Positions 18,421-26,503 are shown, counted from the first letter of the stretch. The stretch: 39,120 bases of DNA from Actinomycetota bacterium (GCA_016781225.1 JADDQT010000001.1:10537-49656); one strand, 5' to 3'. The notes: a model not told the origin generated them from the letters alone. A program made the numbers and translations.

Positions 18421-19932
18421 TCAGCCGCCCCGAGCTCGCCGACGAGCCGCGCCGAACAATCGGAGCACATCTCGGTCCCCACGGGCGGCGAGTAGCTCCT
18501 CGACCTCACCAAGCTGCGCGTGCGGCGAAAGGCCGATCCCAGTCGCGCATGCCGAGAGCCATGCGTGGTCGTCGCTCGTCTGACCCAGCCGAAGTAGGAG
18601 CTCTTGTTCGGCGTCGGCCGCGCTCAGGTCAACCTGACGGACGAGTCGGAAGCCGAGGCGGCCAGTGTCATAGGCGACGACGAACAAGTAGTCGCCCTCG
18701 GCGGCGCCAAGGGACTCAGCGACATGGCGAAGCGATCCGATTCCAGGCGACTGAGAAGGCCAATACATCGGGATGTCACCGAACTCGGATGAGAACTTGA
18801 GCCTGCCTCCGGGGAGGAGCCTCAACAGCGCGGCGAACGCCTCCGGGACGATGTGTCCGCTCCCGCGGAGGGTGTCGTGCGTAACGAGATGCCTCCAGGC
18901 CCAAACCCCTTCGATGACGACGCAGTCGCCCGCCTCCTCTAGTGCTGTATCCGGCACGTAAGGCTCATCCTCACGCCGCAAGCGAACCCAGACGCCGTCC
19001 CGGACGAACCGCGGATGCGTCACGCTCATGATCTCCACCGAAGCTGCGACGATCCCGAACTTCTCGTCGAGGATCCGCTTCAGGCGCTCGATCGGCATCC
19101 CGTGTGGCAGCCCCCCAAGTTCGTCGGCCATCTCGGCGGCGATGCTCTTGTACCGTTCACCGCCCCACTCCGACAGCCCCCACCTGCGGGGACCCCGCCG
19201 CTGAAACCGATCTTCGCTACCGAGGTAGTTCTTGAGCGTCGTAAGCGAGCCTTCGCCGATGTGCTCGTGGATCTCCTCGGCTGTCATGAGCCGGCGCTTC
19301 AGAGCGAGCACGACCGCGGCCTTGTCTCCGAGCGTGCCCGACCACGGCACGACCTTCTCATCGACGATACGGATGTCGCGGCGCGCTCGAAGCGCTTGAA
19401 GCTGGTGATCGTCGTGGATACCCAAGCTGCGCATCGAACGACGCACTTCCACAAGCGGAACGGGCCCCGAGGCGGTCTCGGCGAGGGCAGCACGGAGAGC
19501 GGTGTCGAACTTGGCTGACATCATTGTTTCGGCCGCCACCTGGTATGGGCCGGCCAGGAAGAGCAGCAGATGCACTTCGGTCGGGAGCACGGTCGCGTTG
19601 AGATCAACGCCGATGGCGTCGGCTAGGTCCGTCCTCGAGAAAACAAGCCCCAGGTCGAAGCGGATCCGCGTGATTACGGCGTCCACCTCCGGGATGGATT
19701 TCAGCTGTAGTAACTCCTTGACAGCTGCTGCCTCGATCTGGCGAACGCGTTCGCGGCTGAGGTTGAACCGGTCGCCGAGCTCTTGAAGTGTCGGGATCGA
19801 AGCTCCGATTGCGAAGACTCGTTCCGCGAGGATCGTATGGGCTCGACCGTCGAGCCGGCGGAGAGCGTGCTGGATCACCGGGAGCCACTCTGATCCTTGC
19901 GCGGCGTGCCTCGACGGTGTCTCGTGGACCAT
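18421..19932 (-). CDS. Multi-HTH protein: sigma-70 region-4-type HTH plus HARE-HTH-like winged helices plus an unknown C-terminal domain
   Basis: Segments TLQELGDRFNLSRERVRQIEAAAVKEL and MTAEEIHEHIG...RFQRRGPRRWGLSEW. Alternative starts are at 19944 and 19971. Confidence 0.65.
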   Translation of the reverse strand: MVHETPSRHAAQGSEWLPVIQHALRRLDGRAHTILAERVFAIGASIPTLQELGDRFNLSRERVRQIEAAAVKELLQLKSIPEVDAVITRIRFDLGLVFSRTDLADAIGVDLNATVLPTEVHLLLFLAGPYQVAAETMMSAKFDTALRAALAETASGPVPLVEVRRSMRSLGIHDDHQLQALRARRDIRIVDEKVVPWSGTLGDKAAVVLALKRRLMTAEEIHEHIGEGSLTTLKNYLGSEDRFQRRGPRRWGLSEWGGERYKSIAAEMADELGGLPHGMPIERLKRILDEKFGIVAASVEIMSVTHPRFVRDGVWVRLRREDEPYVPDTALEEAGDCVVIEGVWAWRHLVTHDTLRGSGHIVPEAFAALLRLLPGGRLKFSSEFGDIPMYWPSQSPGIGSLRHVAESLGAAEGDYLFVVAYDTGRLGFRLVRQVDLSAADAEQELLLRLGQTSDDHAWLSACATGIGLSPHAQLGEVEELLAARGDRDVLRLFGAARRRARGG

Positions 19933-19936
19933 CGAG

Positions 19937-20503
19937 CTACTCATTACTACCGAGGCTCTCGACGCGCTCACGTCCAGCCGGTGTGATCTCCCAGATGCCC
20001 CGCGGGGAGCCCTTCTTGATTAGACCGGCCTGGACGAGCTTCAAGCGAACGAATTGCGTCCTGTTCTTCCACCGGACGAGGCCCGAGTCGAGCACCTCGC
20101 GGTCGGCAGGCGTGAGACGGTGGTCGAGCGTGGCCCCCACGTCTTCGATCAATTCGCTTGCTGGCGCGGAGCCGCCCCGGGCAACGAGCGCCCTTAGCAG
20201 CGGCTCTTCGTACTCACGCTCCGGCAGCAGCGAACCACTTTCCGCTCGCGGTCGCGACGAACCCCTCTTGCTCTTCGTCCGGCCCCTCAGCCTCGCCGCC
20301 GACCGCGGCGTCGGTGACCTCTCCTTGGCTTTCAGTTCGGCATCGAGCTCCCGAGCGGTCGAGGCCAAGCGGCCAACGGCTCCGCTGCCATCGATCCCGA
20401 GGAGTCGACGCAGGACCGAGTTCACGTCATCGACGAGCGGTTCAGCAAGGCGTTGCAGCGCCTCGAAGACCTCGTCGTCCACGGGCGGCAGCTGGCGTGT
20501 CAT
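19937..20503 (-). CDS. Mrr_N-type winged-helix protein with a basic disordered linker (188 aa)
   Basis: C-terminal segment YEEPLLRALVARGGSAPASELIE...LVRWKNRTQFVRLKLVQAGLIKKGSPRGIWEITPAGRE. AAGGAAGG lies upstream of the ATG at 20503. Confidence 0.65.
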   Translation of the reverse strand: MTRQLPPVDDEVFEALQRLAEPLVDDVNSVLRRLLGIDGSGAVGRLASTARELDAELKAKERSPTPRSAARLRGRTKSKRGSSRPRAESGSLLPEREYEEPLLRALVARGGSAPASELIEDVGATLDHRLTPADREVLDSGLVRWKNRTQFVRLKLVQAGLIKKGSPRGIWEITPAGRERVESLGSNE

Positions 20504-20529
20504 CAGCAGCGAGCCTTCCTTACAGGAGT

Positions 20530-20583
20530 CATTGCAATGAGTATTGCATCCACCGCCAGCGATTGCAATCTACATTGCAATAA
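20530..20583. promoter_or_regulatory. Array of ATTGCAAT palindromes in the divergent promoter region (putative operators)
   Basis: CATTGCAATG at 20530-20539, TATTGCAT at 20543-20550, GATTGCAATC at 20561-20570 and CATTGCAATA at 20573-20582. This is an AT-rich motif in GC-rich DNA, between the operon start (20503) and phd (20675). Confidence 0.55.
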
Positions 20584-20674
20584 GCTGGCCGGCGGGACCG
20601 CGAATCCAAGGCTCAGGGGAAAGCTCATGCATCGCCCCGGCCCCAGGCGGTATCAAGGTGATACCATAACCGGC

Positions 20675-20878
20675 ATGGCTATGACTCTTCGACTGACCGA
20701 GGACGAGCAGGCCGCGCTCCGGCAACGAGCAGAGCGGGAGGGCATCTCGATGCAGGACGCGGCTCGGCGAGCCGTCCGCGACTACGTCGCCAGGGGCGAG
20801 CATCGGGATCGGGTGGCGGAGGCCGCCGAGCGAGTGAAGGCTGCCCATGCTGAAGCCCTCCGACGTCTCGGGGAGTGA
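20675..20878 (+). CDS. Ribbon-helix-helix antitoxin (Phd/CopG-like)
   Basis: MAMTLRLTEDEQAALRQRAEREGISMQDAARRAVRDYV... Its stop overlaps the doc GTG (GTGA). Confidence 0.8.
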   Translation: MAMTLRLTEDEQAALRQRAEREGISMQDAARRAVRDYVARGEHRDRVAEAAERVKAAHAEALRRLGE

Positions 20879-21261
20879 ACGAGCCGGTCGAGTACCTGGA
20901 TCTGGACGACCTCATCGAGCTCGCCTCCGGGCTCCTGGGAGACCCGCCTCCCATCCGCGACGTCGGACTGCTCGGCTCCGCCGCCGCCCGGCCTCAGACG
21001 AGTGCCTTCGGTGAGGACGCCTACCCGGACATCTGGACCAAGGCGGCTGCGCTGCTCCAATCCATCCTCAAGAACCACGCCCTTGTTGACGGCAACAAGC
21101 GGCTCGGCTGGCTCGCCACGGCTACTTTCCTGGAGATCAACGGGATCCCGGTGACGCACATCGACAACGATGCCGTCCACGACTTCGTGATCGACGTGAC
21201 GGTCGGCCACCAGGATGTCGGCGAGATTGCCGGCGCCCTTCGCCGGCTCGCGGAGCCCTGA
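20875..21261 (+). CDS. doc: Fic/Doc-family toxin (death-on-curing)
   Basis: Doc-type motif NHALVDGNKRLGWLATATFLEING. It is translationally coupled to the antitoxin. Confidence 0.85.
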   Translation: MNEPVEYLDLDDLIELASGLLGDPPPIRDVGLLGSAAARPQTSAFGEDAYPDIWTKAAALLQSILKNHALVDGNKRLGWLATATFLEINGIPVTHIDNDAVHDFVIDVTVGHQDVGEIAGALRRLAEP

Positions 21262-21275
21262 GACGACCTGCAGAT

Positions 21276-21440
21276 TCACAACAACTCGATTCGTGTCCGC
21301 AAGGGGACAATCGCCCCTCCGACACTGGCGATACGGACACCTAGATCCGCAGTCGCCTCGACCACCTTCTCGTGCGGGTCGTACACGGCGCGGAGCCCGA
21401 TCTCCTCGTAGAACGGGTGCGCAGCTTCGGATGGGTCACC
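21276..21440 (-). other. Out-of-frame integrase C-terminal segment, copy 2, with a different tail after the att core
   Basis: Same -1 frame as copy 1, but it ends ...RIASVGGAIVPLRTRIELL* because it reads into the doc-side arm instead of the tRNA. Confidence 0.55.
21314..21322 (+). other. Inter-copy junction core (attP-like: doc-side arm joined to int-side arm)
   Basis: GGGGACAATCG-CCCCTCCGA-CACTGGCGATACGG. The left arm equals the attR left arm and the right arm equals the attL right arm. Confidence 0.7.
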
Positions 21441-22963
21441 CCGACCAGGCCGACCAGGCCACCGATCTCCTCGACCGCCTCGCGGATCTGCGCCTTGGTC
21501 ATCCGGACCGCGTCGGCGTCCGCTGAGGCGGCTCGGAGCATCGCTTCTGCCTCCCGGCGCTCGCGCGTGACCTCGGCGATCCACTGGCCGACGACCTTCG
21601 GGTCGGTGCCGCCGTCGAGAGCGACGCGGTAGCGCTCGAGCTTCCGGTCGCACTCCCGAATAGCTGCCTGTGCCTCGGCCCGAGCGGCGATTGACGCGTC
21701 AGTGTCAATGGCTTCGACCAGGGCGTCGCAGGTGGCATCGATGTTCTCCGGGTCGAAGATGGTCCCGAGCCAATCGTCGATGTGCGGCAGCAGATCGCGT
21801 TCGCGGAGATAGACCGCCTTCGGGTGGCGGAACTCACTCGCCGTCGCGTACTGCGCCGCATATAGGCAGCGGTAGTACGGCTCGTCGTGGTGCCAACTGC
21901 CTTGAAGCCGCTTCCCGCACAGCCGGCAGCGAAGCCGGCCACGGAGCAGGTACGGCCGATCCGTACGCTTCGGGCGACGCTCCTGCGGTCCACGCTTCGC
22001 CGCTTGCATCTTCACCTGGACGGCATCGAAGACCTCGCGTTCGATCAGCGGCTCGTGCGCCGGCTCGGCCGACCAGATCCACTCGCTCTCACCGTTCCAC
22101 CGCATCACCGTCCGGTGCCCCGCGCCGACGTCCTCGACGTCGACGAGTACCTCCTCACGCCGCTGCTTCGCCCAGACCTGGTAGCCGGTGTAGCGGGGAT
22201 TCATGAGGATCGCCCGGACGGCGGACTTCCCCCATGCCCAGCCGTGACGGTGTGGGTTTCGCTCGCGGTCGTAGCCGCTCGGCGACGGAACACCTTCGGC
22301 GGTCAGCTGCTCGGCGATGGCGAGGTAGCCCACGCCGGCCAGGTACTCGTCGAAGATCCGTCGCACGACCGGCGCGGTGACCGGGTCGGGCTTGAGCTGA
22401 TGCAGTCGCTTTCCGTCACTCGCCTTCTCTGGGTTCGGGTGCGGTCCGATGTCGCCCAGCCGGTAGCCGTACGGCGGCCGACCTCCGAGAAACCGCCCCT
22501 GCATCTCGGCCTGCGCGCTCATCGCCGTGCGAACGCGCGTCTTGATGCGTGACCGCTCGCCCTTGGACATGCCGCCGAAGAGCATCATCACCAGGTCGTG
22601 CGCCTCGGAGCCGGGATCGATGGCACCGCCAACCTCGGGAACCCAGACGGCGACGCCGTAGTGCGTGAAGACCGGGAACGTGAGGCCGAACTGGTTGCCG
22701 TAGAAGGCCCGCTGCGGCTCGCCGATCACGACAGCCTCGAACCCGCGGGCACGCTGCGCGAGCGCGGCGAGCAGCGCCGACGCCTCCGGCCGGCGCTTCC
22801 AGGGCAGCGACCGGCTCTGTGCGACGTCGAAGAACTCTGCGACCACTGTCCCGCCGGCGGGCTCGATGAGCTGCCGGCTGCGGTGGAGCTGCCACTGCTT
22901 CGACGACTCGGGGTCCTGCTGGTCCTCGGTGCTCACCCGGCCGTAGAAGGCGAAGCGGATCAT
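21341..22963 (-). CDS. Large serine recombinase, copy 2
   Basis: Translation identical to 7363..8985 (offset +13,978), with the same frameshift. Confidence 0.85.
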   Translation of the reverse strand: MIRFAFYGRVSTEDQQDPESSKQWQLHRSRQLIEPAGGTVVAEFFDVAQSRSLPWKRRPEASALLAALAQRARGFEAVVIGEPQRAFYGNQFGLTFPVFTHYGVAVWVPEVGGAIDPGSEAHDLVMMLFGGMSKGERSRIKTRVRTAMSAQAEMQGRFLGGRPPYGYRLGDIGPHPNPEKASDGKRLHQLKPDPVTAPVVRRIFDEYLAGVGYLAIAEQLTAEGVPSPSGYDRERNPHRHGWAWGKSAVRAILMNPRYTGYQVWAKQRREEVLVDVEDVGAGHRTVMRWNGESEWIWSAEPAHEPLIEREVFDAVQVKMQAAKRGPQERRPKRTDRPYLLRGRLRCRLCGKRLQGSWHHDEPYYRCLYAAQYATASEFRHPKAVYLRERDLLPHIDDWLGTIFDPENIDATCDALVEAIDTDASIAARAEAQAAIRECDRKLERYRVALDGGTDPKVVGQWIAEVTRERREAEAMLRAASADADAVRMTKAQIREAVEEIGGLVGLVGVTHPKLRTRSTRRSGSAPCTTRTRRWSRRLRI

Positions 22964-23238
22964 CGGTTGGACCCTAGGCCGCGTCCTCGGGCGGTAGCGG
23001 TGACCGCTGGTCGCACTGCCGGCGCTTGGCTTCTCGCACCATGGCGAGCAATACGGCGGCAGCCCGAGGGCTGATGCTCGGCGGTCGGGCAGGGGAGGGC
23101 TTGACGCGTTTGCAGACGGGCTGGGATCGGGACGGTTGACGTTGGTGTCTTGTCATGCCCTGACGGTGAAGTTCGCCCCTCAACGGAAACCTCAACGGAG
23201 CTCTCAACGATCGAGCTTCCGTCGCTTCCACTCCTTCA

Positions 23239-23466
23239 TCACCGGCCCCGGGCGGTCACCGATCTTGTTGAGCGCCCTCTGGCCACCGCCGCGAAGCGCT
23301 GATAAGCCGACTGACGGGTAATGCCGAAGGCGGCACCCACGTCGGCCCAGGTAGCGCCAGCGTCACGGGCGAGTGCGACGTACTCGCCCGCCTGATGCTT
23401 CAGCTCCTTGGCTCGCTCGTCGGCCCCTCGGGCACGACGCAGCAGCTGGCTTACGAGTGCGCTCAT
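23239..23466 (-). CDS. Small HTH protein, copy 2
   Basis: Identical to 9261..9488. Confidence 0.6.
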   Translation of the reverse strand: MSALVSQLLRRARGADERAKELKHQAGEYVALARDAGATWADVGAAFGITRQSAYQRFAAVARGRSTRSVTARGR

Positions 23467-23606
23467 GGGATCTCCCCGCGTCAAGGACCAGGAGAGAGCC
23501 GCAGCCGGCTCCGAGCCGAGCATCAGTGTGCCAGGAAACCCGTCGCGAATCGGGCGTCTGGAGGCACGTAGATCGTCTAGGAGCCCTCGACCCGTGGAGG
23601 TGGACC

Positions 23607-24602
23607 ATGAGCGATCACGAGATTGGGCGGAGCAAGGCAGGGGACGACCGCAGGCTCAGCGACCAGGAGAAAAATCAGCGCCTCCGATCACTCCTCACGC
23701 CCCTCGTCAACGACCTCGTCCGCGCCACTCCGGCCCATCCGCACGACCCAACCCGCCGCGTTCATCAGCCCGGCCACGATCCTTCGCCGACGCCCTCAAC
23801 GCTCCCTTCATGCAACCACACAGACTTGCCGCTTCCGCAGAGCGGAAGCAGCGGAAGCAGTCCCACCGGCGAAGGAGGGCGGCAACAGCCGACCGCCGCC
23901 GACCTGATGGAGATCCTTGACCAGACGCTCGTCATGCCGGTTGCGCCGCCCCTCCGTGATCTCGAGCCCCAGGTCGTGGTGCGGTGGGTAGAGGCTGCGT
24001 CGGAGGCACTCCTGCATCGACGCGAACGCCGCCGCCTGGTGCGCGAAGTCCTACGCGTGCTCGATGAGGAGTGGGCGACGGCCGAGGCAGCCAAGCGGCT
24101 GCGCGAGCAGATCGCCACGTGCGAAGCGGCGCGCCGCCGGCGCGAGGCGGGCACCTACTGGCAGCACCGCGAGGCAGGCCGCCGATCCCAGCGTCCGGTG
24201 CGCGTCGAGGTGGACAGCGAGGCCTGGCGCCGAGCGAAGGAGATCGCCAGGCAGCTCGCCGTCGGTCTGGGCGAGTACGTCGGCCAGGTCGTCCGCGATC
24301 ACCTGGCCACACCGCTCGACGAGGGCGCGATCGCCCGGCTCAGCCAGACGAGGCGCCGCCAGACCACCCGTGAGCGGATCTACTTACGGATCGACGTCTC
24401 GAGCAGTGACTGGGATGACCTGGTCGCCCGCGCTCGAAACCGCCGCACAACTCTGCTCCGCTACCTCGGAGCGCTCGTCGAGGCCACCGTCTGGGAGGAG
24501 TGTGAGCTGCGCACAGACGGGCGACCCGTTGCCTCTGGCCCGTACGATCGAACGGATGGTTACCACCGGCTGCCCGGCCGCGACGCCGATGAGCAGGCGT
24601 AG
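23607..24602 (+). CDS. Double RHH-like hypothetical protein, copy 2
   Basis: Identical to 9629..10624. Confidence 0.6.
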   Translation: MSDHEIGRSKAGDDRRLSDQEKNQRLRSLLTPLVNDLVRATPAHPHDPTRRVHQPGHDPSPTPSTLPSCNHTDLPLPQSGSSGSSPTGEGGRQQPTAADLMEILDQTLVMPVAPPLRDLEPQVVVRWVEAASEALLHRRERRRLVREVLRVLDEEWATAEAAKRLREQIATCEAARRRREAGTYWQHREAGRRSQRPVRVEVDSEAWRRAKEIARQLAVGLGEYVGQVVRDHLATPLDEGAIARLSQTRRRQTTRERIYLRIDVSSSDWDDLVARARNRRTTLLRYLGALVEATVWEECELRTDGRPVASGPYDRTDGYHRLPGRDADEQA

Positions 24603-24605
24603 CAC

Positions 24606-25562
24606 GTGACGTTGCGGTGGACGGACCTCCACCCAGAGGCGGGTATGACGGCCGCACTGGATCATGCCGACGCGGAGACATCCCGCGTCGTCATCGAAGC
24701 CGATGTCGCCCGCATTGCCGAACAAGGTCTGTCGCGCGAGCAGCGAAAGCGCGAGCGCGAGCCCCTCCGCGACATGCGGAAGCGGTGGTCAGAGCGCTTC
24801 GCGAACGGATCGGCCACGATGCTCGCGAACGAGTTGCGGGGTCATCGTGTCGTCTCGCGTCGGTTCAGGGTCGCGCCCCTTCCAGATGGAACAGGGCAGG
24901 AGTCGTTCTGGCCCCTGGGCTATCGGAGTGGCAAGCGGATCGACGTAGTGGTCGCCAGAGAGCTCGTGGGCCTCCAGCTCGGCGCGTCGCTCAAGGGATT
25001 GAACTTCCGAGACGACGAGGGCGGGAACTTCGACAAGAACCTGACCGGGCGCCTGTACGAGTTGGCCGATGAGATGACGACGGTGCACCGCCATCTCCCT
25101 CGCGCCTTCATGGCAGGGATCTTCTTCCTGCCGATCGACGCGTGCTTCGATAAGGGACCCGGGCAGTCGTCATTCGCGCACACGGTCCTCGAACTCCGTC
25201 GGCGTTCGGATCGCGACCCAGCAGACGCGTCACAGTCCGCAAGGTGTGACTTCGCTGCGGTCGGGCTCTATGCGCCCGGAGGCGGCGTGTCGAGCGAACG
25301 AGGGATCGGAAGGGGAGTCGTCCGCTTCTTTCCCGTCGATCGACCACCTCCCCGCAGGGAGCTGCCTCCCGTCGAAAGAACACTCACCCTCGCCGAGCTG
25401 GCCGACCGCATGCTCGCCGGAGCGATCGGTGGGACTGCGGCGAGCGACGCATACGGCGATGCCGAAGACGAGCTCGCCGAGGGCGAGGAGCCGACAGCGC
25501 TCGAGGACGTCGTGCTCGCCGAAGAGGCTGGCGAGATCGACGAGATCGCGCTCGAGGAGTAG
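24606..25562 (+). CDS. Possible PD-(D/E)XK nuclease, copy 2
   Basis: Identical to 10628..11584. Confidence 0.4.
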   Translation: MTLRWTDLHPEAGMTAALDHADAETSRVVIEADVARIAEQGLSREQRKREREPLRDMRKRWSERFANGSATMLANELRGHRVVSRRFRVAPLPDGTGQESFWPLGYRSGKRIDVVVARELVGLQLGASLKGLNFRDDEGGNFDKNLTGRLYELADEMTTVHRHLPRAFMAGIFFLPIDACFDKGPGQSSFAHTVLELRRRSDRDPADASQSARCDFAAVGLYAPGGGVSSERGIGRGVVRFFPVDRPPPRRELPPVERTLTLAELADRMLAGAIGGTAASDAYGDAEDELAEGEEPTALEDVVLAEEAGEIDEIALEE

Positions 25563-25585
25563 CTGCGGTTCGTCGCTCAGCCGCA

Positions 25586-26503
25586 TCAGCCGGCCATCCG
25601 GAACCGTTCGTAGCGCTCCTCGAGGAGTTCGCGGTTCGGGCGAGCTGCTCGTTGGCGGGGAAGCTCGATCCGCTCTAGGTGCAGCCGCTGAAGCGCATAC
25701 GTCAGCGTGGGGCCGTCCTCCTCGACGAGAACGTCGGGGCGTACCTCGATCGCGTAGTCCGGCCGGACGGCCATCAGCATGGTGTCGAAAGCGGCGTGGT
25801 GGATCTTGCACATTGCGATGCCGTTAGTCACGACTGGTTCTCCGCCGAGTGAGTCGTTCCGGATGTGGGCCGCGTCGAGGAGCTCGCGATGCCGTAGACG
25901 GCAGAAGGCACAGCGGTTCTCGTAGGCGGCCAGCACTTGAGCTCGGAACACTGGCTGCTGCAGACGTTCTTTGACAATGCGGTCGGCATAGGCGCGGCGC
26001 AGCTCGATCACGACGGCGTCGTGGGTGTCTCCCCACGTGTGAAGCTGCTCTGGGTCCAGCGCAACGACGAACTGGTGCTGCTCTGGCTCTTCGGCGACGA
26101 GCCACACCGGGAACACCGGTAGATACAGGCCCGGAGCGAGCCCTTGAAACCAGATGAGAGGGAGCTGGCGTTCCATGGCCTTGCGAAGGGCGACGTTTTC
26201 CGGGTGGCTCGCGTTCCTCCCACGCCATTTGTACCGCTGGTAGCCGTCGACCCCGCGTTCATCGGCATAAGGCCGCTGGTCCGGGCTAGAGGCGAACACC
26301 GTCCTGAAGCTCAACGCCGCATCGAGCATGCGCGGCTTTCGGATGCCCCTCTGGATGTCCATGAGAGGGATTCGCTCGCCGTCGAGCACGAAGCCCGCCA
26401 CGTCTTCGTGTCGCACCGGTCCGCCGGTGCGCAGTTGGACGGCCCGGAGGTGGGCGAGAGCCGAGGAGCGCAACCGCTCGTCGAACTCCTCGTCCATGGC
26501 CAC
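25586..26503 (-). CDS. SRA-like/HNH nuclease, copy 2
   Basis: Identical to 11608..12525. Confidence 0.65.
   Translation of the reverse strand: MAMDEEFDERLRSSALAHLRAVQLRTGGPVRHEDVAGFVLDGERIPLMDIQRGIRKPRMLDAALSFRTVFASSPDQRPYADERGVDGYQRYKWRGRNASHPENVALRKAMERQLPLIWFQGLAPGLYLPVFPVWLVAEEPEQHQFVVALDPEQLHTWGDTHDAVVIELRRAYADRIVKERLQQPVFRAQVLAAYENRCAFCRLRHRELLDAAHIRNDSLGGEPVVTNGIAMCKIHHAAFDTMLMAVRPDYAIEVRPDVLVEEDGPTLTYALQRLHLERIELPRQRAARPNRELLEERYERFRMAG

Larger units (their letters stand above)
7336..21322. mobile_element. Integrative island copy 1 (serine-integrase island in tRNA-Leu), attL to the internal attP-like junction
   Basis: It starts in the tRNA 3' end, with the integrase 17 bp from the tRNA end. 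It is bounded by the 9-bp direct repeat. Confidence 0.85.
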
